Positions 1 through 9,083 of a stretch of DNA of 57,352 bases are shown here, in pieces. The notes below the pieces were generated by a model. It worked only from the letters and a program-made list of their open reading frames with translations. It was not told where the DNA came from and did no database searches. Positions within the stretch are counted from its first letter, which is position 1; each line of letters starts with the position of its first letter. The stretch spans positions 1 to 57,352 of the forward strand of contig JAHYJI010000005.1 of NCBI GenBank assembly GCA_019429145.1, read 5' to 3'. Both the position numbers and the translations under genes were made by a program. The DNA comes from Coriobacteriia bacterium. GTDB lineage: Bacteria; Actinomycetota; Coriobacteriia; Anaerosomatales; SLCP01.

Positions 1-797
1 TGCATCTGGCGGGTGCGTATCTGGACGCGAAGAACCGGGCCGCGGGCCTGACCGGTGACGACGGTCCGGCCGGGCAGACACCATCGCAACTCGAAGCGGC
101 GGCCGCACGCGTGCGGCAGGACGCTCCCGGCGTGCGCGCGCCCGGACCCGGCGAGCGGGCGCTCGATACGTACCGCACGCGCCTGCGGGCCGCGCTGAAG
201 GGCTCGAGCGTCGCGGGTGGCGACGAGCTTCTCGCCGACGTTGACGCGCTCGGTCCCGACCCCGGACGTGCTGAGGTGACCCGTGTTCGTTCGCTGGTTC
301 TCGCGGTCGAGTCGCTGGCGGCGGTACCCTCGCCTGTGAGCGTCCTCGCAGGTGCGCACCTTCTTGCGACCGACGTTGCCGCCTCGGCGCTGCCCGCAGG
401 AGCGGGAGCAGACGCAGTTCTCGCGGCAGCCGATGCGCAAAGCGCTCCCGAATCCGCCGTCGACGTCAGGGGGTTCGAGCGCTCGCCGGAGCTCGATTTC
501 GTCCCCGGAGAGGGTGCCCCGGGGGCTCTCCCCGAGCGAGTCCTGCGTCTCAACGCCCGTCCGGGTTCCCCGCCGTCGCTCACCTGGGCCGGGGAGGGGA
601 GCAGCGAGTCGGTCGCCCCTGAGGTATGGCTCGCCCACGAGCGTTTAGACGGTGTGCTCTACTGGCTGGCCGGGGAGGACGGACGGTTCGCCCTGACCGA
701 TGCGTCGCTGCGCGGATGGGCGTTCTCCCGAAGCGTTGCCGCTGTAGTGGACGCGTCACGGTGCGGGCGTCTCCTTGCGACGTTTGCGGCGGAGTGA
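1..797 (+). CDS. Hypothetical Ala-rich protein, 5'-partial
   Basis: The frame of ORF 111..797 is open back to the window start (HLAGAYLDAKNRAAG...). Its stop lies just before uvrC. No motif recognised. Confidence 0.55.
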   Translation, partial: HLAGAYLDAKNRAAGLTGDDGPAGQTPSQLEAAAARVRQDAPGVRAPGPGERALDTYRTRLRAALKGSSVAGGDELLADVDALGPDPGRAEVTRVRSLVLAVESLAAVPSPVSVLAGAHLLATDVAASALPAGAGADAVLAAADAQSAPESAVDVRGFERSPELDFVPGEGAPGALPERVLRLNARPGSPPSLTWAGEGSSESVAPEVWLAHERLDGVLYWLAGEDGRFALTDASLRGWAFSRSVAAVVDASRCGRLLATFAAE

Positions 798-802
798 TCC
801 AC

Positions 803-2677
803 GTGTCCCGCGATCAGACCTCGCTTGCCGAACAGGTCGCCGGCGTTCCCGACGAGCCGGGCGTCTATCTCTGGAAGGCGGAGTCGGGCCAGGTGCTCTA
901 CGTCGGTAAGGCGAAGTCCCTGCGCAAGCGCATGAAGCAGTACACGCTCGGCCAGGACGATCGCGAAAAGGTACCGCTCATGATGGCCCAGGTCTCCTCC
1001 TTCGATTACGTGGTGACCGACAACGAGGTCGAAAGCCTCATCCTCGAGAAGAACCTCATTCGCCAGTTCAACCCGCCGTTCAACGTTGACTACCGCGACG
1101 ACAAGTCGTATCCGTTCATCGCCGTCACCACCGCCGACCCGTTTCCGGCGATCAAGTTCACGCGAGAGAAACACCGGCCGGGAACGCGCTACTTCGGGCC
1201 CTACACCGATGCCCGTGCCGCGCGCGAGACCGTCGACGTCGTGCGCAGGATCTACCCGATCTGCAGCGCCCAGTGCGTCGAGTGGAAGCGCGTCAACACC
1301 AGACAGGGCGCTCCCAGCGGGAAGGCGTGTTTCGACTACAACGTCGGCAAGGGCCCGGGTCCGTGCGTCGGAGCGGTCACGCCCGAGCGCTACGCCGAGA
1401 ATGTGGGACACGTGCTGCGCTTCCTCGAGGGCCGTCACCGGGGTGTCGCAGACGAGCTCGAGGAGTGCATGCGCGCGGCGGCCGACGATCTCGATTACGA
1501 GCGCGCCGCGCGGTACCGCAACCGGCTCGACGCGGTACGCCGAATCGAGCAGAAGCAGACCGTCGTCTCGAGCCGCCCGCTCGAGATCGACGTGGTGGGA
1601 TTCTTCCGGGAGGAGACGATCGCCGGCGTGCACGTCTTCGTCGTGCGCGAAGGTCGCGTGCTCATCGGCAACGAGTTCGTGCTCGACAAGGGCCTCGACG
1701 TGCCGATCGCCGAGCTCGTGAAGGGGTTCATTCTCCGGTACTACGACGATGCCGGGCACGTACCTCGCGAGGTCGTGCTGCCCGAACTGCCTCAGAGTTC
1801 CGGGGCGGTCGAGGAGTGGCTGAGCGGGCTGCGGGGCACGAAGGTCCGTCTGGTCGTGCCGGTGCGCGGGGAGAAGCGCCGCCTCCTCGACATGGCCGAG
1901 ACAAACGCCCGCCACACGCTCATGCGCCACAAGGTGCGCACACGTTACGACGAGGAGCGCCTCAACACCGCGCTGCTCGAGCTGGAGAGTGCGCTGTCGC
2001 TTCCCTCGGCGCCGCTGCGCATCGAAAGCTACGACATCTCCACACTGCACGGGCGCCACTCGGTGGGCTCGATGGTGGTGTTCACCAACGGGCGCCCCGA
2101 CACCGGGGCGTACCGGCGCTTTCGCGTGCGGATGGACGAGGGGGAGTCGAACGACGTTGCGATGATGGCCGAGGTGCTGAGCAGGCGCTTCGCGACCGGG
2201 CGCAGCGGCGACGAGCGTTTCGCGTCGTCGTCTCCGGATCTGGTCATCGTCGATGGCGGCAAGGCGCAGCTCGCGGCGGCCACAGCCGCGCTGACACAGG
2301 CGGGTGCCGGAGACGTGTCGCTCGCGGCGCTGGCGAAGCGCGAGGAGGAGCTGTGGCTGCCGGGGTGGGAGGAGCCGGTAGTCCTGCCGGCAGGCTCGGC
2401 CTCGCTCTATCTCGTGAAGCGCATTCGCGACGAGGCACACCGCTTCGCGATCGCTTACCATCGCGAGCTGCGGGGCAAGGCGATGACCGCGAGCGTTCTC
2501 GACGACATCCCGGGTGTGGGCCCGAAGCGCAAGAAGCTGCTCCTGAAGGCTTTCGGGTCGGTCAAGCGGCTGCGCGAGGCCGACGTGGATGCGATAGCGG
2601 CCGTACCCGGGATTCCGCGAGAGGTTGCCGAGGAGATCGCAGCGGTGTTGCGCCAGTCCGCTGCACAGGGCGGATAG
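803..2677 (+). CDS. uvrC: Excinuclease ABC subunit C
   Basis: GIY-YIG (PGVYLWK...YVGKAKSL), UVR domain, RNase H-like RIESYDIS and VDGGKAQL motifs, RIRDEAHRFAI, and C-terminal HhH (IPGVGPKR). GTG start at 803 after GGAG; 794 is an alternative. Confidence 0.97.
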   Translation: MSRDQTSLAEQVAGVPDEPGVYLWKAESGQVLYVGKAKSLRKRMKQYTLGQDDREKVPLMMAQVSSFDYVVTDNEVESLILEKNLIRQFNPPFNVDYRDDKSYPFIAVTTADPFPAIKFTREKHRPGTRYFGPYTDARAARETVDVVRRIYPICSAQCVEWKRVNTRQGAPSGKACFDYNVGKGPGPCVGAVTPERYAENVGHVLRFLEGRHRGVADELEECMRAAADDLDYERAARYRNRLDAVRRIEQKQTVVSSRPLEIDVVGFFREETIAGVHVFVVREGRVLIGNEFVLDKGLDVPIAELVKGFILRYYDDAGHVPREVVLPELPQSSGAVEEWLSGLRGTKVRLVVPVRGEKRRLLDMAETNARHTLMRHKVRTRYDEERLNTALLELESALSLPSAPLRIESYDISTLHGRHSVGSMVVFTNGRPDTGAYRRFRVRMDEGESNDVAMMAEVLSRRFATGRSGDERFASSSPDLVIVDGGKAQLAAATAALTQAGAGDVSLAALAKREEELWLPGWEEPVVLPAGSASLYLVKRIRDEAHRFAIAYHRELRGKAMTASVLDDIPGVGPKRKKLLLKAFGSVKRLREADVDAIAAVPGIPREVAEEIAAVLRQSAAQGG

Positions 2678-2692
2678 CGCCTCGTCCGCGGG

Positions 2693-2698
2693 TATACT
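2693..2698 (+). promoter_or_regulatory. Putative sigma70 -10 element (TATACT) for the holin-like/rapZ operon
   Basis: TATACT in the short intergenic gap; no clear -35. Confidence 0.4.
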
Positions 2699-2737
2699 GT
2701 GGTCACACCGACCGGTTTCAGCGAGGAGGATGCGAAG

Positions 2738-3085
2738 ATGAAGTTCGTCCTGCGTATGGTGGTGAGTGCCGCTGTCATCTTCGGCGTAGCGTATCTGTCA
2801 GGTGGCTGGCTGTTGAGCGTCGATAGCTTCGTTGCCGCGCTCTGGGCCGCCCTCGTGCTTGCCGTCGTCAACGCGTTCGTCCGGCCGGTCGTCAAGGTGC
2901 TCTCTCTGCCGATCACGCTCCTGACGCTGGGCCTGTTCGCGCTGATCGTCAACGCGGCGATGATCTATCTCGTCGCGTGGGTGGTCCCGGGCGTGGAAAC
3001 GACAGGTTTCTTCCAGACGGTGCTTGCGGCGATCGTCATCGCTATCGTCACCTCCCTGTTCACTGCAGCGATCGACAAGGACTGA
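2738..3085 (+). CDS. 4-TM phage-holin-family (YvlD-like) membrane protein
   Basis: VNAFVRPVVKVLSLPITLLTLGLFALIVNA signature; GAGGAGG RBS. Commonly a chromosomal gene near uvr/rapZ. Confidence 0.85.
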   Translation: MKFVLRMVVSAAVIFGVAYLSGGWLLSVDSFVAALWAALVLAVVNAFVRPVVKVLSLPITLLTLGLFALIVNAAMIYLVAWVVPGVETTGFFQTVLAAIVIAIVTSLFTAAIDKD

Positions 3086-3105
3086 CCCCGAGGTGAGGAC
3101 GTCTG

Positions 3106-4035
3106 ATGCCCGAAGAACGCGCCGTTCCTTCTGATCCGAGTACGTCCGGTGAGAACGAGACGACCGAGCTGGTCGTCATTACCGGCATGTCCGGCGCCGG
3201 ACGCAGTCAGGCAATACACACCTTCGAGGACCTCGGCTACTTCTGCATCGACAACCTGCCGCCCGCATTCATCGGGCAGCTGGTCGACCTGACACGGTTG
3301 CCAGGCAGCCGCATTCGCCGCATCGCTGTCGTCAGTGACGTGCGGGCCGCGGAGTTCTTCGAGGAGCTCACGGGCGAGCTGCGCAAACTCGAAGTGGCAG
3401 GGGTGCCGTTCCGGCTCCTCTATCTCGAGGCCGACGACGAGGTGCTGGTGCGCCGGTTCAAGGAGACCCGCCGGTTGCACCCGCTCTGTGCCGAGGGCGA
3501 CTCAGTGCTCGACGCGATCGCGGCGGAGCGCCAGGCGCTCGCCGAGGTGCGCGAGCGAGCGGACTTCATCATCGACACGAGCGGCCTGAAGCCGGCCGCG
3601 CTACGAACGATCATCCGCGAGCGGTTCTTCACCGGGAGCGTGGCCGACACCCTAGCGGTCACCGTGATGTCCTTCGGGTTCAAGTACGGCGTCCCTACCG
3701 ATGCCGACATCGTGATGGACGTCCGCTTCCTCCCGAACCCCTTTTACCAGCGGGCCCTGAGGGAGCGCACCGGCCTCGATGAGCCCGTCCGGCGCTTCGT
3801 TCTCGACCGCGAGGAGACCGCCGAGTTCCTCGAGAAGTGGTTCGACCTTCTCCAGATGTTGACGCCGAGCTACCTGACCGAGGGCAAGACGCATCTGGTC
3901 GTTTCCCTGGGATGCACGGGCGGGATGCACCGGAGCGTGGCGCTTGCCGAGGAGACCGCACGGTTCCTGTCGACCCACGGCTTTCGCGTTGCGGTGACCC
4001 ATCGTGACATCGCGAAGGACCGGGAGGCCAGATGA
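3106..4035 (+). CDS. rapZ: RNase adapter RapZ/YvcJ P-loop protein
   Basis: GMSGAGRS Walker A, DNLP, SFGFKYG, DVRFLPNP, GCTGGMHRSV. Confidence 0.95.
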   Translation: MPEERAVPSDPSTSGENETTELVVITGMSGAGRSQAIHTFEDLGYFCIDNLPPAFIGQLVDLTRLPGSRIRRIAVVSDVRAAEFFEELTGELRKLEVAGVPFRLLYLEADDEVLVRRFKETRRLHPLCAEGDSVLDAIAAERQALAEVRERADFIIDTSGLKPAALRTIIRERFFTGSVADTLAVTVMSFGFKYGVPTDADIVMDVRFLPNPFYQRALRERTGLDEPVRRFVLDREETAEFLEKWFDLLQMLTPSYLTEGKTHLVVSLGCTGGMHRSVALAEETARFLSTHGFRVAVTHRDIAKDREAR

Positions 4036-5006
4036 GCGAGGGCTGTCGCCGCGGGGTCGCGATCGGGGGCGGCACGGGGTTGCCCGGAGTGCTCCGGTGT
4101 CTGGTCGAGCTCGGGTTCGAGACGACGGCGGTCGTCACGATGGCCGATGACGGAGGATCATCGGGGACGCTCAGGCGTGAACTGGGCATGTTGCCGCCGG
4201 GCGACATCAGGAACTGCCTCGTCGCCCTCGGGGACCCCGAGGGCGACCTCGGCCGCCTGTTCCAGTATCGCTTTCCTCACGGTGAGGGTCTTGCGGGGCA
4301 CGCTCTGGGCAACCTGATCATCGCTGCTCTCGCAGACATCACCGGCAGCTTCCCGGAGGCTATCGAGGAGGCCCAACGGATGCTCGGTGCCCGCGGTCGC
4401 GTGCTGCCCTCGACGCTCGCAGACGTCTCGCTGCATGCGGTGGACGCCGCGGGGTGCGTGGTCTCGGGCCAGGCCCGGATCGCCGTGAGCGACGGTCCCG
4501 TTACCGGGGTCCGGTTGGAGCCCTCCGCGCCGCCTGCCTACGATCCCGCCGTCCACGCGATCCTCGGAGCCGATGTCGTCGTGCTCGGTCCCGGCAGCCT
4601 GTTCACGAGCCTCGTTCCCAACCTGCTGGTGCCCGGCATTGCCGACGGGCTGCGCGCCGCTCCCGCGCAGGTCATCTACGTTTGCAACGTCGCGAACCAG
4701 CGAGGGGAGACGAGCGGCATGGACGCCGCGGACCACGTGCAGGTGCTCCTCGACCACGGGCTAGAGGGTTGCGTCGACGTGGCCATCGTCAACGATCCGG
4801 ACTGCTCACCGGGTCCTGTGGGCCGCTGCCTGTTGTGCGATGATGAGCACGAGCCGGTCGATGCTGTCGAGGTGGGACCTGCAGCGATCGACCGGATCGA
4901 GGCGATGGGGATCCGGGCGGTCGCCGCCGACGTGGTCGATCCTGTCGACGTTCGCCACCACTCGTATCACAAGCTGTGTCGCGTTCTCGGGAGGCTGGTC
5001 GGCTAG
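4032..5006 (+). CDS. yvcK: YvcK/GlmR-family (gluconeogenesis/UDP-GlcNAc-binding) protein
   Basis: GGGTG, DDGGSSG, PPGDIRNC, GHALGNL, GPGSLFTS; rapZ-yvcK-whiA synteny. Confidence 0.93.
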   Translation: MSEGCRRGVAIGGGTGLPGVLRCLVELGFETTAVVTMADDGGSSGTLRRELGMLPPGDIRNCLVALGDPEGDLGRLFQYRFPHGEGLAGHALGNLIIAALADITGSFPEAIEEAQRMLGARGRVLPSTLADVSLHAVDAAGCVVSGQARIAVSDGPVTGVRLEPSAPPAYDPAVHAILGADVVVLGPGSLFTSLVPNLLVPGIADGLRAAPAQVIYVCNVANQRGETSGMDAADHVQVLLDHGLEGCVDVAIVNDPDCSPGPVGRCLLCDDEHEPVDAVEVGPAAIDRIEAMGIRAVAADVVDPVDVRHHSYHKLCRVLGRLVG

Positions 5007-5948
5007 GTGTCCTTTACCGCCGAGGTCAAAGACGAACTCTCGCGCATCGAAGTGAAGCGACAGTGCTGCCTTAAGGCGGAGCTCGCGGCGCTCGTTCGTA
5101 TCGAGGGTACCTTGCACATCACCGGCAAGGAACGCTACCGGCTCGAGATCGCCACGGAGACCGCGCCGGTCGCGCGCAAGACCATCAAGCTGCTTCACGG
5201 TCTGTACGACCTCAAGACCGAGCTCACCGTGCGGCGGAGCGTGCTGCACAAGACGAACAACTATCTGATCACGGTGGTCAGTCAGCAGCGGTTGCCGCAA
5301 GCGCTCAACGAGCTCGGTATCCTCGAAGATGGTCTCGCGCTCACGTACGGCATCGCACCCCGGCTCGTGAAGCGTGACTGCTGTGCGATCTCCTATCTTC
5401 GCGGCGCGTTTCTCGGTGGAGGCTTCGTGGCCGACCCGCACGGTGACTTCCACTTCGAACTCACCGCCGAGACCGACGAGATGGCCGAGGACCTGCGAAC
5501 GCTCATGGCACGATTCGGCATCCACGCCAAGGTGACGCAGCGACGAGGTCTGCATGCGGTCTACCTCAAGGGCGCGGAGCCGATCGTGACCTTCCTCGCA
5601 CTCGCCGGGGCGCACCGGGCACTCCTTCGTACCGAGGACGTGCGGATCGTCAAGTCGATGCGCAACGATGTGAACCGCCTGGTCAATGCCGAGACAGCGA
5701 ACCTGCAGAAGTCCGCCGAGGCAGCGATGGTGCAGCTGGAAGCGATACGCACGCTCGAGGCGACGCGAGGCCTGGAGAGCCTGCCGCCTGCCCTGCGAGA
5801 ACTGGCAGCGCTCAGACTGGAGTTCCCCGAGGTCAGCTTGCGAGAGCTCGGCGAGCTGGCCGACCCGCCGCTCTCGAAGTCAGCCGTCTATCATAGGATC
5901 CGTCGCATCGAGGAACTGGCTTCACGCGGGGCTGCTGGGGAACACTAA
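5007..5948 (+). CDS. whiA: DNA-binding protein WhiA
   Basis: MSFTAEVKDEL, YLRGAFL, NRLVNAETANL, SLRELGEL..PPLSKSAVYHRIRRI. Confidence 0.95.
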   Translation: MSFTAEVKDELSRIEVKRQCCLKAELAALVRIEGTLHITGKERYRLEIATETAPVARKTIKLLHGLYDLKTELTVRRSVLHKTNNYLITVVSQQRLPQALNELGILEDGLALTYGIAPRLVKRDCCAISYLRGAFLGGGFVADPHGDFHFELTAETDEMAEDLRTLMARFGIHAKVTQRRGLHAVYLKGAEPIVTFLALAGAHRALLRTEDVRIVKSMRNDVNRLVNAETANLQKSAEAAMVQLEAIRTLEATRGLESLPPALRELAALRLEFPEVSLRELGELADPPLSKSAVYHRIRRIEELASRGAAGEH

Positions 5949-6047
5949 CCATAGGGAAGGTCGCGCTCGTCGCGCACTGTACGCGGCGGGCGTTCACAAG
6001 GGCGTCAGGCAGAGGGCCGGCGCCGGCCACTAGAGGAGGGATCCACT

Positions 6048-7052
6048 GTGTCGATCAAAGTCGGGATCAACGGTTTCGGACGCATAGGTCGTCTTGTGTT
6101 CCGGGCCAGTGCGAGCAACCCGGATATCGAGGTCGTCGCCGTCAACGATCTTACTGACGCGAAGACCCTTGCACACCTGCTCAAGTACGACTCCGTCCAT
6201 GGTCGCTTCGGTACGGACGTCGTGGCACACGACGACGCCTTCAGCGTCGACGGCACCACCGTCAAGGTGCTCTCGGAGCGCGATCCGGCCGCGCTGCCCT
6301 GGCGCGACCTCGGGGTCGAGATCGTCGTAGAGTCCACCGGCTTTTTCACCGACGCCAACAAGGCCCGCGCGCACATCGACGCAGGCGCCCGCAAGGTGCT
6401 CATCTCAGCACCTGCGAGCAACGAGGACATCACCGTGGTCATCGGCGTGAACGATGCCGACTACGATCCGGCGAGCCACCACATCGTGAGCAACGCCTCG
6501 TGCACGACGAACTGCCTTGCGCCCTTCGCCAAGGTTCTGCGCGACGAGTTCGGCCTGGTGCGCGGTTTCATGAACACCATCCACAGCTACACGAACGACC
6601 AGGTCACGCTCGATGCGCCGCACAAGGACCTCCGCCGTGCGCGTACCGCCGCCGCCTCGATCATCCCGACGAGTACCGGTGCCGCCAAGGCGATCGGCCT
6701 CGTCATGCCCGATATGAAGGGCAAGCTCGACGGCATGTCGATGCGCGTTCCGACTCCGGACGGTTCGGTCGTCGACCTCGTGGCAGAGCTCTCGCGTGAC
6801 GTCACCGTCGACGAGATCAACGCCGCGATGAAAGCGGCAGCCGACGGTCCGATGCGCGGCATCCTCGAGTACTGCACCGACCCGATCGTCTCGGTCGACG
6901 TGGTCGGCAACCCTGCGTCCTCGGTCTTCGACTCGCTGCAGACGATGGTGATGGGGGGTAGCGGCAACTTCGTGAAGTGCGTCTCCTGGTACGACAACGA
7001 GTGGGGCTACAGCAACCGCGTGGCGGACCTCGTTAAGATCATGGCCGGCTAG
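6048..7052 (+). CDS. gap: Glyceraldehyde-3-phosphate dehydrogenase (type I)
   Basis: [18 protein letters not shown] active site, WYDNEWGY. Confidence 0.98.
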   Translation: MSIKVGINGFGRIGRLVFRASASNPDIEVVAVNDLTDAKTLAHLLKYDSVHGRFGTDVVAHDDAFSVDGTTVKVLSERDPAALPWRDLGVEIVVESTGFFTDANKARAHIDAGARKVLISAPASNEDITVVIGVNDADYDPASHHIVSNASCTTNCLAPFAKVLRDEFGLVRGFMNTIHSYTNDQVTLDAPHKDLRRARTAAASIIPTSTGAAKAIGLVMPDMKGKLDGMSMRVPTPDGSVVDLVAELSRDVTVDEINAAMKAAADGPMRGILEYCTDPIVSVDVVGNPASSVFDSLQTMVMGGSGNFVKCVSWYDNEWGYSNRVADLVKIMAG

Positions 7053-7115
7053 CCTTCCGACCTGGATCGCCCGGTTCGCACGGCAGGCACGGCACCCGGA
7101 TCGTCAGGAGACTCG

Positions 7116-8303
7116 ATGTTTGCGAAGAAGACCGTCAAGGACGCGGACGTCCGCGGCAAGCGGGTGCTCGTGCGCGTCGACTTCAACGTACCCCTGAGCG
7201 AGGGCGCCGTTGCGGACGACACGAGGGTCCGGGCGGCTCTGCCGACCCTGCGATATCTGATCGACCACGGTGCGCGCGTCATCATCTTGAGCCACCTCGG
7301 CAGGCCCAAGGGCGAGCAGGACCCGCAGTTCTCCTTGAGACCGGTGCGCCGCGTGCTCCAGCGCCTTCTTGGCCGTAACGTGCTCTTCGTCGACGATATC
7401 GTGGGGCGGGAGGCGCGCGAGGCCGTCGAGCGGATGGTCGACGGTGAGATACTCATGCTCGAGAACGTGCGGTTCCACCCGGGGGAAAAAACCAACGACC
7501 CGGGCTTTGCGGCCCAACTCGCCTCTCTCGGCGACCTGTACGTCAACGACGCGTTCGGGGCGGCTCACCGGGCACACGCTTCCACCGCGGGCCTCGCCGG
7601 CCACTTGCCTGCGTATGCAGGCCTGCTGCTTGCCCGGGAGGTCGAGACGCTCAGCGGGATGCTTGCCGATCCCGAGCGGCCGTTCGTTGCGATCCTCGGT
7701 GGCAGCAAGGTCTCCGACAAGTTCGGGGTCATCGAGAGGCTGCTCGACGTCGTGGACACGCTCGTCATCGGCGGAGGCATGTGCTTCACGCTTCTCGTCG
7801 CCAAGGGAGTAGACGTCGGGCGCAGCCTCGTGGAGCAGGAGTGGGTCGAGCCGGCCAAGGCGATGCTCGATGCCGCCAAGGCCAAGGGCGTCGACCTGTT
7901 GTTGCCGGTCGACTTCGTAGCTGCCACCGACATCGTTGACGACGCTGATACGCGCGTGGTCGGCCGCGAGGAGATCCCGCCCGACATGATGGGCCTCGAC
8001 ATAGGTCCCACCAGTGTCGAGCTCTTCAAGGAGGCGATCGCATCGGCCCGCACGATCTTCTGGAACGGCCCCATGGGTGTCTTCGAGATGAAGCCGTTCG
8101 AGGCGGGCACTCGTGAGGTGGCCGTAGCTGTCGGACGCAACAGCCGTGCGGTTTCGGTCATCGGCGGGGGCGACTCCGTCGCAGCACTGAAGAAGTTCGG
8201 CCTCGAGGAGAGAGTGACGTTCGTCTCCACAGGCGGAGGCGCCTCGATGAAGCTGCTCGAGGGCGCGAGTCTCCCCGGACTCGACGTCCTTCTGGACAGG
8301 TAG
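7116..8303 (+). CDS. pgk: Phosphoglycerate kinase
   Basis: RVDFNVP, SHLGRPKG, NDAFGAAHRAHAS, GGGDS, STGGGAS. Confidence 0.98.
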   Translation: MFAKKTVKDADVRGKRVLVRVDFNVPLSEGAVADDTRVRAALPTLRYLIDHGARVIILSHLGRPKGEQDPQFSLRPVRRVLQRLLGRNVLFVDDIVGREAREAVERMVDGEILMLENVRFHPGEKTNDPGFAAQLASLGDLYVNDAFGAAHRAHASTAGLAGHLPAYAGLLLAREVETLSGMLADPERPFVAILGGSKVSDKFGVIERLLDVVDTLVIGGGMCFTLLVAKGVDVGRSLVEQEWVEPAKAMLDAAKAKGVDLLLPVDFVAATDIVDDADTRVVGREEIPPDMMGLDIGPTSVELFKEAIASARTIFWNGPMGVFEMKPFEAGTREVAVAVGRNSRAVSVIGGGDSVAALKKFGLEERVTFVSTGGGASMKLLEGASLPGLDVLLDR

Positions 8304-8315
8304 GGAGGAGTACGT

Positions 8316-9083
8316 ATGGCACGTCGACCGATGGTCGCCGGCAACTGGAAGATGTACAAGACTGCAGGGGAGGGAGCGATCCTGACCCAGAACATCGATC
8401 CGCTGGTCGCGGACTTCTGGGAGGACGTCGAGGTCGTCGTCTGCCCGCCGTTCACCGCGCTCAAGAGCGTATCGACCGTCATCGAGCTCGACCGTCTCAA
8501 GATGGGGCTCGGAGCCCAGGACGTGCACTGGGAGGACGAGGGCGCGTTCACTGGCGCCATCGCTCCCCGGATGCTCGTCGACCTTCGCTGCGACTACGTC
8601 ATCGTCGGGCACTCCGAACGGCGAGAGTACTTCGGCGAGACCGACGAGACCGTCAACAAGAAGGCCCACGCTGTCTTCGCCGCCAACATGGTCCCGATCG
8701 TCTGCGTTGGAGAGTCGCTTGCGGTGCGTGAGGCCGAGGAGACCGAAGCGTTCGTGCGGGGGCAGGTCCGCGCCGCGGTCGAAGGGCTCTCTGCCGAGCA
8801 GGCCGCACGTCTCGTGATCGCCTACGAACCGGTCTGGGCCATCGGCACGGGCCGCACGCCCACCCCGGAGGGCGCCAACGATGTCTGCCGCTCGATCCGC
8901 GCGACGGTCGGTGCGGTCTTCGGCCAGCCGGCCGCGATCTCTGTGCGTGTGCTCTACGGCGGCTCGGTCAAACCGGAGAACGCCTCGATGTTCTTCGCCG
9001 AGCCTGACATCGACGGCGCGCTGGTCGGAGGCGCCGCGCTCGATGCTGCTTCCTTCGCGTCGATCGTACAGGCCGCCCGGTGA
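8316..9083 (+). CDS. tpiA: Triosephosphate isomerase
   Basis: AGNWKM, GHSERR, AYEPVWAIGTG, YGGSV, LVGGA. Confidence 0.98.
   Translation: MARRPMVAGNWKMYKTAGEGAILTQNIDPLVADFWEDVEVVVCPPFTALKSVSTVIELDRLKMGLGAQDVHWEDEGAFTGAIAPRMLVDLRCDYVIVGHSERREYFGETDETVNKKAHAVFAANMVPIVCVGESLAVREAEETEAFVRGQVRAAVEGLSAEQAARLVIAYEPVWAIGTGRTPTPEGANDVCRSIRATVGAVFGQPAAISVRVLYGGSVKPENASMFFAEPDIDGALVGGAALDAASFASIVQAAR

Noticed and set aside
626-802. N-terminal extension of UvrC in the ORF track
   Set aside because: It overlaps the upstream gene; homology and an RBS point to a start at 794 or 803.
2738-3085. Holin-family gene as a sign of a prophage
   Set aside because: No phage genes nearby; YvlD-like genes are ordinary residents of the uvr/rapZ region.
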